DNA from: an uncultured Ruminococcus sp.
GTDB taxonomy: Bacteria; Bacillota; Clostridia; Oscillospirales; CAG-272
Length of the DNA stretch: 41,248 bases
Assembly: GCA_902796675.1 (NCBI GenBank)
Contig: CADBQA010000145.1
Coordinates: 1-41,248, forward strand
Direction: 5' to 3'
Below the pieces are notes generated by a model. That model ran no database searches and was not told the DNA's origin. It saw only the letters and a program-made list of their open reading frames with translations. The position numbers were made by a program, and so were the translations under genes. This document shows positions 1-8,135 of this stretch, in pieces (the stretch's first letter is position 1; the number at the start of each line of letters is the position of its first letter).

Positions 1-1
1 C

Positions 2-2269
2 GCACTGTCTATGCTTTTGGTCGCCGCGATCCTGATGGTCGGTTCGACTTACGCGTGGTTCACGCTGTCAACGGCGCCCGAAGTCAAGGGCATCACGACG
101 AGCATCGGCGCTAACGGCAACCTTGAGATCGCGCTTCTGAATGCTACGAGTTACGCCAGCACGGCTGCTGACCTCGGGATCATTTCCAACGTCGGCGACT
201 CAATGGAAAATACAACGAACTGGACTGTAGATCAGGCCAACCATACTTGGGGTAACCTTGTAGATCTCGGTGTGGCTACATACGGTCTTGCAAACATTAT
301 CCTTCTTCCCGCTGCGCTCAACATCACAAATCCCACTGCCGCAACCGGAACAGCACATACTATTGGCACATCTATTCTGAAAGCTCCCGGATACGGCGGA
401 GACGGCAGAGTTACTGTTGTCAACACCGATACGGTCACCGGTAAAGCTCAGGGCGCTGTGTTCACTCAGGATAACGCTTTCGCGGGCGTACGCGCTATCG
501 GCGTTGCGTCCGAAAGATCGCTTCGTCAGCAGGCATACGTTAATGCAACCGAAGCCCTCGCAGACGCGATTTCCAGCGCTGTTGCTACATCCAGAACTAC
601 CCTGAATGACTACGGCCAGGCGCTTAGTGCAATCATCGTCAGAGCAGCTATGGCTTCAGACCGCAACACTTTGACGTTCTCAGGTGCAGAGCTTTCCACG
701 CTCTCAAACGTTATAAACGGTCTAAATGACGCAAATGCATTTGTGCTTGAAGCAGTCAAGCAGGCTGCTCTAGCCGATCAGCTCGGCGAAGGCGGTGCAA
801 CGCTTGCAGATGACGCCGCTGTCACCGCACTTGTTGATCAGTACAACGCATATACCGAAACTGATATTGCAGGCCTTTCGTTGTCAACAGACGTAGCTGC
901 TGCGTTTGCAAAATATCAGTCGAATAAGACTGCTATTGCAACTGCTCAGGGTCATGTAACAACGGCTTCCACGGGCAGTGAACCTTATCCATACTCCGTT
1001 ATCAGCCCTATTCTCAATGATATTGCAAATGATAATGGTATCGGATTAAGAGCTTCCGGCAGCAGTACTATAGTTTCAATTTATGATACTGAAACGCATC
1101 AGCGCAAAGAAAGAGGCACACTCGAGACCGAACTCGGCGGTATATCTGCTATTGGTTCAGGCATGACCGTAATATTCGGCGAAGGTTCCGGATTGATCTA
1201 TGATCTTGCGAAAGCTGTCGGCAACTTCTCATCGAATTCATTCAATATCTCTGCTTCGGACGTGGGATTTACCGGCCTTTCTTCCAACATCCCCGTTTCC
1301 CTCATGACAAACGCCTCCAGCCCTATTCTTCCCGCGGCGCAGTCTTCGATTAACGGAGCTCCTACAGGCACAGGCGGAACTGCAGCGTACAGTATCAATC
1401 CTTACGGCTACGCTCTTGACTTCGGCGTCAGAACGAACGCAGACGGCGCAAATCTTCTTCTCCAGACGTCAGAAAAGCAGCGTATCTATAACGATCCTAA
1501 TAATCCGTCGACAAATGAGGATACTCTCGGCGAAGGTTCGTATCTTGAGTTCACTGCAACGGCAACGTTTGATGCAACAAAGGTAGCAAGACTTATGGAC
1601 GCTATCCGTATTGTATTTGCGGAACCCACAGCTGACGGATTCAACGTTCTTGCTATCGCAAAAACAGGTACACCGGTTACAACAGGCAACAATGTTAAGG
1701 CTGCTCTTGCGCTTTACGAATATACTCTTGAAGCCAAAGCGGGCGAGGCTCCTGTTCTGACTATCGGCGAAGCGAAGAAAGACACAAACGATAATCCCGA
1801 CTACACGATCGCAGCTCTCACGAAGAATCAGGCGAAGAAGATAACAGTTATTGTTTATCTCGACGGTGATATCGCTGACAATACGTTTGTTGCCAATGCA
1901 CCGACTTCTATGGCAGGCAAGCTGAACCTTCAGTTTACGACCGATAAGGCTCTTGTTCCTATGGAGAACGCGGCTCTTCGCGGAACTCTCAGCGAATCCG
2001 ATCAGGCAAAGGCAAGATTCAAAAGCCTCGTAACGGATCAGTTCAGCCAGGATCAGCTTACTCAAATCGCTACAGATGTAACTAATGGCGCGACTGGTTG
2101 GAAGAGTGCAATTACAACGGCATCAAGATTTATCTTGATAGCTGGAGAGAACGATCTTGATGCAGATCAACTTGTAACTGTGAACGCTGCGCTTGATATA
2201 ATCGAAGATAAAGCGAATGAGATAGAAGCGTGGAAAGAAACGTGGAATGCCGAACATCCCAACCCCTGA
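2..2269 (+). CDS. 5'-truncated large secreted protein with SipW-cognate (TasA/camelysin-class) signal region; putative major fibre/surface subunit (paralog 1)
   Basis: The reading frame is open to the window edge, upstream of the Met at 11. A hydrophobic segment is followed by STYAWFTLS, which resembles the GT-x-A-x-F motif of SipW-dependent signals (TasA has GGGTWAAFND). The protein is rich in A/T/S/G/N. The C-terminal VYLDGD...GKLNLQFTT block is shared with the ORFs at 2464 and 8136. G+C looks lower than in downstream genes. Confidence 0.75.
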   Translation, partial: ALSMLLVAAILMVGSTYAWFTLSTAPEVKGITTSIGANGNLEIALLNATSYASTAADLGIISNVGDSMENTTNWTVDQANHTWGNLVDLGVATYGLANIILLPAALNITNPTAATGTAHTIGTSILKAPGYGGDGRVTVVNTDTVTGKAQGAVFTQDNAFAGVRAIGVASERSLRQQAYVNATEALADAISSAVATSRTTLNDYGQALSAIIVRAAMASDRNTLTFSGAELSTLSNVINGLNDANAFVLEAVKQAALADQLGEGGATLADDAAVTALVDQYNAYTETDIAGLSLSTDVAAAFAKYQSNKTAIATAQGHVTTASTGSEPYPYSVISPILNDIANDNGIGLRASGSSTIVSIYDTETHQRKERGTLETELGGISAIGSGMTVIFGEGSGLIYDLAKAVGNFSSNSFNISASDVGFTGLSSNIPVSLMTNASSPILPAAQSSINGAPTGTGGTAAYSINPYGYALDFGVRTNADGANLLLQTSEKQRIYNDPNNPSTNEDTLGEGSYLEFTATATFDATKVARLMDAIRIVFAEPTADGFNVLAIAKTGTPVTTGNNVKAALALYEYTLEAKAGEAPVLTIGEAKKDTNDNPDYTIAALTKNQAKKITVIVYLDGDIADNTFVANAPTSMAGKLNLQFTTDKALVPMENAALRGTLSESDQAKARFKSLVTDQFSQDQLTQIATDVTNGATGWKSAITTASRFILIAGENDLDADQLVTVNAALDIIEDKANEIEAWKETWNAEHPNP

Positions 2270-2307
2270 TTCACTTTAAGTTTTAGCTTATTTTCTTTCG
2301 ATAAATA

Positions 2308-2390
2308 CCCTCCCGCCCTCGGGCGGGAGGGGTAAATCGAGGCGGTCCGCAGGGCCGACTTTTGCGCGTACCGGGCGTGCGCGCAAAAGT
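2308..2390 (+). terminator. Two strong GC hairpins downstream of gene 1; possible partial terminator or RNA-stabilising element
   Basis: Hairpin 1 is CCCTCCCGCC-CTCG-GGCGGGAGGG (2308-2331). Hairpin 2 is ACTTTTGCGCG...CGCGCAAAAGT (2358-2368 paired with 2380-2390). Neither has an adjacent U-tract; the nearest T-run lies at about 2409-2417. Confidence 0.35.
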
Positions 2391-2435
2391 GGATCCTGCG
2401 ACGGATTCTTATTTTTGAAAACAAGTATACATATA

Positions 2436-2450
2436 CGGTCAAATTGACCG
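2436..2450. promoter_or_regulatory. Perfect 7-1-7 palindrome CGGTCAA-a-TTGACCG just upstream of gene 2; candidate operator or small hairpin
   Basis: Read directly from the sequence. It ends 13 nt before the TTG start at 2464 and abuts the AGAGGA ribosome-binding site. Confidence 0.25.
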
Positions 2451-2463
2451 AGAGGACGGGAAA

Positions 2464-3453
2464 TTGGAAGCAAGCAAAAAAAGACGGCGCAGGACGTTTT
2501 TGTACCTCTGGATCCTGCTCGGACTGCTCGTACTTCTCGTCGCCGCAACTTACACCTGGTTTTCACTTTCGCAAACTCCTCACGTCAACGACATGGCGAT
2601 GTACGTAAACGCGGAGTCGGGCCTTGAGCTCGCTCTCGAGTACGACGCGCCGGATGACGAGTGGGGGCAGAAGATCGATTTTCTCGATATGGTGGACGAC
2701 GACTATCCGCTGAAACCGGCGACGTGGTCGGACGCAAGACAGAGCTTCGCAGCCATCCGTTACGGGCTCGACGGCAGACTCACCGACGAGATAGTCCCGC
2801 TGACGGACGGTATGAACGCAAACAGACGCGACGCCTACGGGTACTACGTAACGGGCGCGTTTTACGCGAGGACGCTGATGCCATGCACCGTGTCGCTCGC
2901 CGAGGCGGTAGAGCTTAACGAAGGTGAAAACGGAGCCGGTACATACGTCATCGGCACGCCTCTTTGGGACGACGAGGAGCTCGTTCACACGGACGGCGGC
3001 AGCGGCGCGGAGTGCGCGGTGAGGATAGGGCTCAGGATCACGCCTGTTGACAAAGACGGGGCGGCGAAGGGCGACACGGAATTCTTCATATACGAGCCGA
3101 ACTGCGACGTTCATATCGAGGACGCCGAGGGATACGTCGACACCCCGAACGTCGACGGGGGCGACACTCTTACGGACCGCGATCATATGATCCTTCAGGA
3201 GGCGTCGACCTGGACCGAGGCGTATCCTGTCAGACACGACGTTACTATAAAAGACCTCGGAAAATTCATTGAAAACAGGACTCTTTTCTCGCTCGAGAGG
3301 GGCGAAATCGTTAAAATAGAGCTTTACGTCTGGCTTGAGGGTCAGGACGTGGACTGCACGAACAGGATCGAGGACGCAAAGATCATGGCGAATCTTCAGT
3401 TCCACACGGACTACAGCGGACAGACGGGGCTCGACATTATACCGAACGATTAA
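2464..3453 (+). CDS. Secreted protein with SipW-cognate signal region (TasA/camelysin-like paralog 2)
   Basis: TTG start 7 nt after AGAGGA. An n-region KKRRRR and a hydrophobic core are followed by ATYTWFSLS. The C-terminal YVWLEGQDVDC...ANLQF block and a FIYEPN block are shared with ORF 8136. Confidence 0.8.
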   Translation: MEASKKRRRRTFLYLWILLGLLVLLVAATYTWFSLSQTPHVNDMAMYVNAESGLELALEYDAPDDEWGQKIDFLDMVDDDYPLKPATWSDARQSFAAIRYGLDGRLTDEIVPLTDGMNANRRDAYGYYVTGAFYARTLMPCTVSLAEAVELNEGENGAGTYVIGTPLWDDEELVHTDGGSGAECAVRIGLRITPVDKDGAAKGDTEFFIYEPNCDVHIEDAEGYVDTPNVDGGDTLTDRDHMILQEASTWTEAYPVRHDVTIKDLGKFIENRTLFSLERGEIVKIELYVWLEGQDVDCTNRIEDAKIMANLQFHTDYSGQTGLDIIPND

Positions 3454-3503
3454 CGGATAGGATCCGTTTTATATGGAAAGCAATAATTGAAGGGAGTAAT
3501 TCC

Positions 3504-4556
3504 ATGAAAAAGAAAAACGCCAGCGTCACTGTCAATGAAGAAGCGACAGCTCCTGAAAAGAAGGAGAAGAAGGGCAGAAAGATAGCGAATATTATCATAA
3601 ACGTTATCCTTGTCATCGCCATCATTATTGCGGCGCTCAGTACTTACATCTCGTTTGTAAGTTCGTCAGGCAACGGTGTGCCGAGCATTTTCGGAATTGA
3701 AATGCTCTCGATACAGACCGATTCAATGGTGCCGACGATAAATCCCGGCGACCTTATCATCGACAAGGAAGTCAAGGACGCGTCGGAGCTCCACACGGGC
3801 GATATCATCACTTATTGGACTGTCATCGACGGCGAGCGCGTGCTCAACACGCACAGAATCGTTGAGATCTACGACGGCGGTAATTATCTTATCTTTGCCA
3901 CGAAGGGTGATAACAACAACACGGAGGACCCGCTGACCGTTCATGAGTCCGAGATCGTCGGCGTATACAGCAGATACAACGCCGAAACGGGTGAGGATGA
4001 AGGCGCGACGAAAATAAAGGGTCTCGGCAAGGTATTCGATTTTCTGCAGACAAGCACGGGATTCCTTCTCGTGGTCGTACTCCCTGTCGCTCTGTTCTTC
4101 CTGTATCACCTCATACAGTTCTTCCGCGTGCTCTTTGAGTATCAGTCCGTTAAGAACAGACTCCGCTTTGAGCAGGAACGCGAGGATGCGGACCGCGCCG
4201 AGCGCGAGGCTGAAAAAGAGGCTGCGGACGACGGTGAAAAGGCGGCTGAGCGCGAAAAACTCGAAGAAGAGCTTCGCGAAAAGCTGAAGAAAGAACTTAT
4301 CGAGAGCGGCGCTATCCCGGCAGAAAAAGCCGAAGAGCAGGCGGCTCCCGAAGAAGCGCCCGCGGAACCCGAAAAAGCGGCACCCACGGAAGAGGAGATC
4401 CGCGCCGAGATAGAGGCGAAGATACGCGCCGAATACGAGGCGAAACTCGCCGCCGCAAAGCAGGACGCCGAGAAGGCGGAAGACGCGGCGGAAAAAACGG
4501 TCGAAGAAGCAACGGACGCCGTATCCGCTGACGCCGAAGAGAAAAAAGAAGATTGA
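3504..4556 (+). CDS. Signal peptidase I, ER/archaeal S26B type (SipW-like), with a long C-terminal Glu/Lys/Ala-rich tail
   Basis: AAGGGAG ribosome-binding site and an N-terminal TM helix. The catalytic Ser lies in TDSMVPT (codon 3723-3725), a His in NTHRIV, and there is a TKGDNN box; together these match the Ser/His SipW-type signature. A second TM (GFLLVVVLPVALFFLY) is followed by a charged tail of about 140 aa. Confidence 0.85.
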   Translation: MKKKNASVTVNEEATAPEKKEKKGRKIANIIINVILVIAIIIAALSTYISFVSSSGNGVPSIFGIEMLSIQTDSMVPTINPGDLIIDKEVKDASELHTGDIITYWTVIDGERVLNTHRIVEIYDGGNYLIFATKGDNNNTEDPLTVHESEIVGVYSRYNAETGEDEGATKIKGLGKVFDFLQTSTGFLLVVVLPVALFFLYHLIQFFRVLFEYQSVKNRLRFEQEREDADRAEREAEKEAADDGEKAAEREKLEEELREKLKKELIESGAIPAEKAEEQAAPEEAPAEPEKAAPTEEEIRAEIEAKIRAEYEAKLAAAKQDAEKAEDAAEKTVEEATDAVSADAEEKKED

Positions 4557-4602
4557 TCCTCTTAAATTAATCACGCCGCGTGCGGCGCTGACGAGGTAGA
4601 TA

Positions 4603-6180
4603 ATGGACCACTTTTTACATTACCTGTTCATGGATCTGGGACGTCTTGTCAAGTCCTTCATCCAGATATTCATATCCTTCTTTGATTTCGTACTGAACCT
4701 GTTCAACTTCAAGGAGCGCTATGAGATCATAAAGAATACGACGAGCGATTTTACGGTCTTCGAGTGGATAATGCTCGTAATAACCGAGATCATATTAGTC
4801 GCTCTCGCGGTATTTCTCCTTTACCTTCTCTTCAAGCTTTTGAAGAAGATCTTCCGTTTCCGCGTTTCCGTAAAGAAATACGACGAGCTCGCAAAGCAGG
4901 TCAAGATCCTGCAGCGCGACCTTCTCCGTGCAAACTATGAGAAGGACCGCCTGCTCCAGATGAAGGCGGCGGAGCTCGGCATTTCCGAGGATGCGCTTAA
5001 GGGAGAAGAGCCCGAAGAAGAGGAAAAGGGAGAGGGCGAGGACTTCGTTCCGCTTCAGAACCGCAACACGATGGAGTCACCTCTTGTCGACCCCGAGGAG
5101 AGCCGTTTCTTCAGACTCACTTCCGTAGACAACTATTACAAGACGGAGTATAAGGCGCCGACGTACGACGATTCGCTCACTCTGCCGGACATTTGCGACA
5201 GGTTCAGAAGATATACCGCTTATTATCTGAAGCTTTATTACGATATCGACATGATGCGCTACTTCATCGCCTCGATGGGTACCGCGCGCATTATCATCCT
5301 TCAGGGTATATCGGGTACCGGTAAAACGTCGCTTCCTTATGCGTTCGGCAAGTTCGTCGGAGTCGACACGACAGTCGTTTCCGTACAGCCGTCCTGGCGT
5401 GAGAGGACCGAGCTTTACGGTTACTACAACGAGTTTACGAGAAAGTATATGGAGACGGACTTCCTTCGCGCCATTTACGAAGCGAACTTTTACCGTGATC
5501 CTCACATCATCATTCTCGACGAGATGAACATCGCGCGCGTTGAGTACTACTTCGCCGAGATGCTCTCCATCCTCGAGCTTCCCCGCAAAGAGGAATGGAA
5601 GGTCGACATCGTAACGGCGATGTGGGAGAACGACCCCGTTCTCATAGAAAACGGCACCGTTCCGATAAGCGACAACATCTGGTTCGTCGGCACCATCAAC
5701 AACGACGACTCGACGTTCGCCGTCGCGGATAAGGTTTACGACCGTGCGATACCGATCGACCTTGACAGCCGCGCCGATCCGTTCGAGTGCGAGCCCGCGG
5801 AGCAGATCACGATCTCAACAGAGCATCTCAACGCTCTGTTCGATCAGGCGAAGCGCGATTATCCTCTCTCGGAAGAGATGATCGACAAGCTCGAAAATAT
5901 GAATATGTATCTTATAAAGAACTTCCGTCTTGCATTCGGTAACCGTATTATGAAGCAGGTAAAGGATTTCGTTCCCTGCTTCGTCGCATGCGGCGGCACC
6001 GAGCTTGAAGCGGTAGACTTTATAATCGCAAAGAAAGTTCTCCGTAAATTCGAGTCTCTCAGCCTCGGATTTATGAAGGACGAGCTCACGAAGTTCAGCG
6101 CGTATCTCGACCGCACGTTCGGCAAGAACAAGATGGTCACGTGTAAGGACTACGTAGAGCTTCTCAAGAAGAACAACTGA
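4603..6180 (+). CDS. Membrane-anchored McrB-family AAA+ (AAA_5) GTPase-like protein lacking a DNA-binding N-domain
   Basis: Walker A GISGTGKT (5305-5328) and Walker B IIILDEMN (Asp-Glu at 5518-5523). DEMNIARVEYYFAEMLSILE and GTINNDDSTFAVADKVYDRA resemble the McrB-family DE(I/M)NRA and (M)NTADRS blocks as I recall them, and the NxxD is retained (5698-5709). The N-terminus has a strongly hydrophobic helix (WIMLVITEIILVALAVFLLYLLF) and a charged coiled-coil-like linker. Confidence 0.8.
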   Translation: MDHFLHYLFMDLGRLVKSFIQIFISFFDFVLNLFNFKERYEIIKNTTSDFTVFEWIMLVITEIILVALAVFLLYLLFKLLKKIFRFRVSVKKYDELAKQVKILQRDLLRANYEKDRLLQMKAAELGISEDALKGEEPEEEEKGEGEDFVPLQNRNTMESPLVDPEESRFFRLTSVDNYYKTEYKAPTYDDSLTLPDICDRFRRYTAYYLKLYYDIDMMRYFIASMGTARIIILQGISGTGKTSLPYAFGKFVGVDTTVVSVQPSWRERTELYGYYNEFTRKYMETDFLRAIYEANFYRDPHIIILDEMNIARVEYYFAEMLSILELPRKEEWKVDIVTAMWENDPVLIENGTVPISDNIWFVGTINNDDSTFAVADKVYDRAIPIDLDSRADPFECEPAEQITISTEHLNALFDQAKRDYPLSEEMIDKLENMNMYLIKNFRLAFGNRIMKQVKDFVPCFVACGGTELEAVDFIIAKKVLRKFESLSLGFMKDELTKFSAYLDRTFGKNKMVTCKDYVELLKKNN

Positions 6181-6269
6181 CATAAACGGGCGACGTCGCG
6201 CCGCGGGACTACGGTCCGGCGGCGTGCGGCGTGACGTCACGGTATGGATTCGTACGGAGGTGTAACGGT

Positions 6270-8111
6270 ATGGCGGAAATAGAAAGGATCCGTTCGGGCG
6301 ACGAGGACAAGTCGCTGATCGACCCTATATATAAAAAGTTCGTCAAGGGAACTCTTCGCGCCATAGGAAGCACCGAGTTTTATGAGTTCTTTATGGACGC
6401 GCTCTCCAAGGCGGACAATGAGTTCCAGTTCTCGAACAGAAAGCTCGAGAAGGTCGTGGATCTGGTGTGGGTCGATACGATAAACGGCGCTCTCGGCGCT
6501 TTTCAGAACATCGTCGGCAACCCGAGAAACGTCATCAAAGAGGAAGAACTCATCGTCAGCATCGCAAACGCGAAGAAGGCGGGACCGGAGACCGTACGTC
6601 ACCTTGCGCAGCACGCGGCGCTCGTCGACGAATATCATGAAGAGACCGGCGATATCCGTCCCGGCAGGCTTATGCAGAGATACCGCGAGGACACGATAGG
6701 CATTTATGAAAACCGTCTCGTCTTCACGGCGATGGAATACGCATACAGATTCGTAAAGATCCGTCACGACGCTCTTTTTGAAGCGATGAGCGACGAGTTC
6801 GGCGCGAAGCTGAAGGTGCGCTCGGATATGGACAGCGCGACGGAACACGTTCATATGGATATGTTCCTGCACATCAAAGAGGTCGACTCCGCGCTTGAAA
6901 CCGACGACAAAAACTCACAGGTGTTCGCTACGATATCGAGGATGTACCGCATTCTCGGCTCGTTTATGAACACCGGATTCGCGCAGCAGTTATCCCAGCT
7001 TCCGCGCATAAAGGGCAAGATCAACATCACGAACGTTCTTAAAAAGAACAAAGATTACCACAAGATACTGGAGCTTTTCAACTTCTTAAAGAATTACGAC
7101 CAGATAGGTTATACTATCAAGGTAACGGAGCAGAATCCGGAGATCAACGAACAGTTCCAGCGCGATATTTACCACAACATACTTTTCAATTACCTTATCC
7201 TCAAGGGTTATCTCGAGAGCGAGGAGGACCGCAAGGTCCCGACGGCTTCAAAGACTCAGCGCAAGATGCTGAAGCCGAAGTTCATCCACGAGATCATCGA
7301 GGAGATAACAGAGGATTACGACCTTCCCGACGTCGAGGTCCGCAAGGTCCTCATCGAGGAGCTCACGAAGGCTCAGCTTATGCAGGAGGAGCGCGAGGAG
7401 CGCCGCCGCCTCGTAGAGGAGCAGGAGCAGAGAAGAAGAGAAGAAAAAGAGCGCGAGCGCGCAGAAAAAGCCGCGGAGCGCGAGAGAATAAAGCAGGAGA
7501 AGGCGGCGGAACGCGAACGTATCCGCCAGGAAAAGGCTGCCGAGCAGGAACGCCTTATGATCGAGCGCACCGAGCGCGAGATAGAGGACAGACGGCGCAG
7601 CATGCTTCTGCGTGAAGAGATCAAACGCTTTACGGACAACCTCGAAGAACAGCTCTTCCGCCGCAGCGATATGGAAAAGGAAAAGGCGGAGGGACTTCTC
7701 GATTACGCGGACGCCGCGGAGATACTTGAGGACGTCGAGAAATTCCAGAAAGAAGAAGCGGACAGAGCGCGTCAGAGAAGACGCGAAGAGCGCGAGAGAC
7801 TCCGCCGCGAGGCGCAGATAGCCGAGCAGAAGGCGAAGGAAGAAGCGGAGCGCGCGCGTATTGCAAAAATAGAAGAAGAAAACAGGTTACGTCACGAACA
7901 GGAGGAGCGGGAGCGCGTGGAATACGAGGCTCTCGTTGCGCACGACAAAGAAGCGCTCGCACCTCTGGAGGCGGAAATAACCGTGTTCTCCGCAGCCCTT
8001 GCCGGGCAGCTTGAGCGCCGCCGTGTACAGGCTGAAAAGGCGAGAGCCGCCGAGGCCGCGCGCGAAGAACGCCGCCGCCTCCGTCAGGCTCAAAAGGTGG
8101 ACGTAAGATAA
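6270..8111 (+). CDS. McrC N-terminal-like (DUF2357-like) protein without recognisable nuclease, fused to a ~240-aa Glu/Arg/Lys-rich helix
   Basis: GGAGG sits 9 nt upstream of the ATG at 6270; the track ORF begins at an upstream GTG at 6231. TIGIYENRLVFTAMEYAY (YENRL at 6705-6719) resembles the T-x-ENR(F/L)(V/L) block of McrC/DUF2357 N-domains. No D...(D/E)xK (DAKY-type) nuclease block was found by eye. From about 7380 onward the sequence is almost pure E/R/K/A/Q, with tandem EKAAERERI(K/R)Q units. Confidence 0.65.
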   Translation: MAEIERIRSGDEDKSLIDPIYKKFVKGTLRAIGSTEFYEFFMDALSKADNEFQFSNRKLEKVVDLVWVDTINGALGAFQNIVGNPRNVIKEEELIVSIANAKKAGPETVRHLAQHAALVDEYHEETGDIRPGRLMQRYREDTIGIYENRLVFTAMEYAYRFVKIRHDALFEAMSDEFGAKLKVRSDMDSATEHVHMDMFLHIKEVDSALETDDKNSQVFATISRMYRILGSFMNTGFAQQLSQLPRIKGKINITNVLKKNKDYHKILELFNFLKNYDQIGYTIKVTEQNPEINEQFQRDIYHNILFNYLILKGYLESEEDRKVPTASKTQRKMLKPKFIHEIIEEITEDYDLPDVEVRKVLIEELTKAQLMQEEREERRRLVEEQEQRRREEKERERAEKAAERERIKQEKAAERERIRQEKAAEQERLMIERTEREIEDRRRSMLLREEIKRFTDNLEEQLFRRSDMEKEKAEGLLDYADAAEILEDVEKFQKEEADRARQRRREERERLRREAQIAEQKAKEEAERARIAKIEEENRLRHEQEERERVEYEALVAHDKEALAPLEAEITVFSAALAGQLERRRVQAEKARAAEAAREERRRLRQAQKVDVR

Positions 8112-8135
8112 TTTTCAAACGGGAGGTGAGCGCCG

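Noticed and set aside
2563-4574. Long minus-strand ORFs (2563-3405, 280 aa; 3723-4574, 283 aa) antisense to paralog 2 and the first signal peptidase.
   Set aside because: The translations are Arg/Val/Leu/Phe-rich and low in complexity, with no motifs or ribosome-binding site. They fully overlap plus-strand genes that have clear catalytic or signal motifs, which is typical of high-G+C shadow ORFs.
4603-8111. Annotating the pair as a canonical McrBC type IV restriction system.
   Set aside because: The McrB-like protein has a TM helix in place of a DNA-binding N-domain. The McrC-like protein lacks any PD-(D/E)xK block I could find. The pair also sits inside an operon of secreted proteins rather than a defence island. 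It is kept as an alternative hypothesis only.
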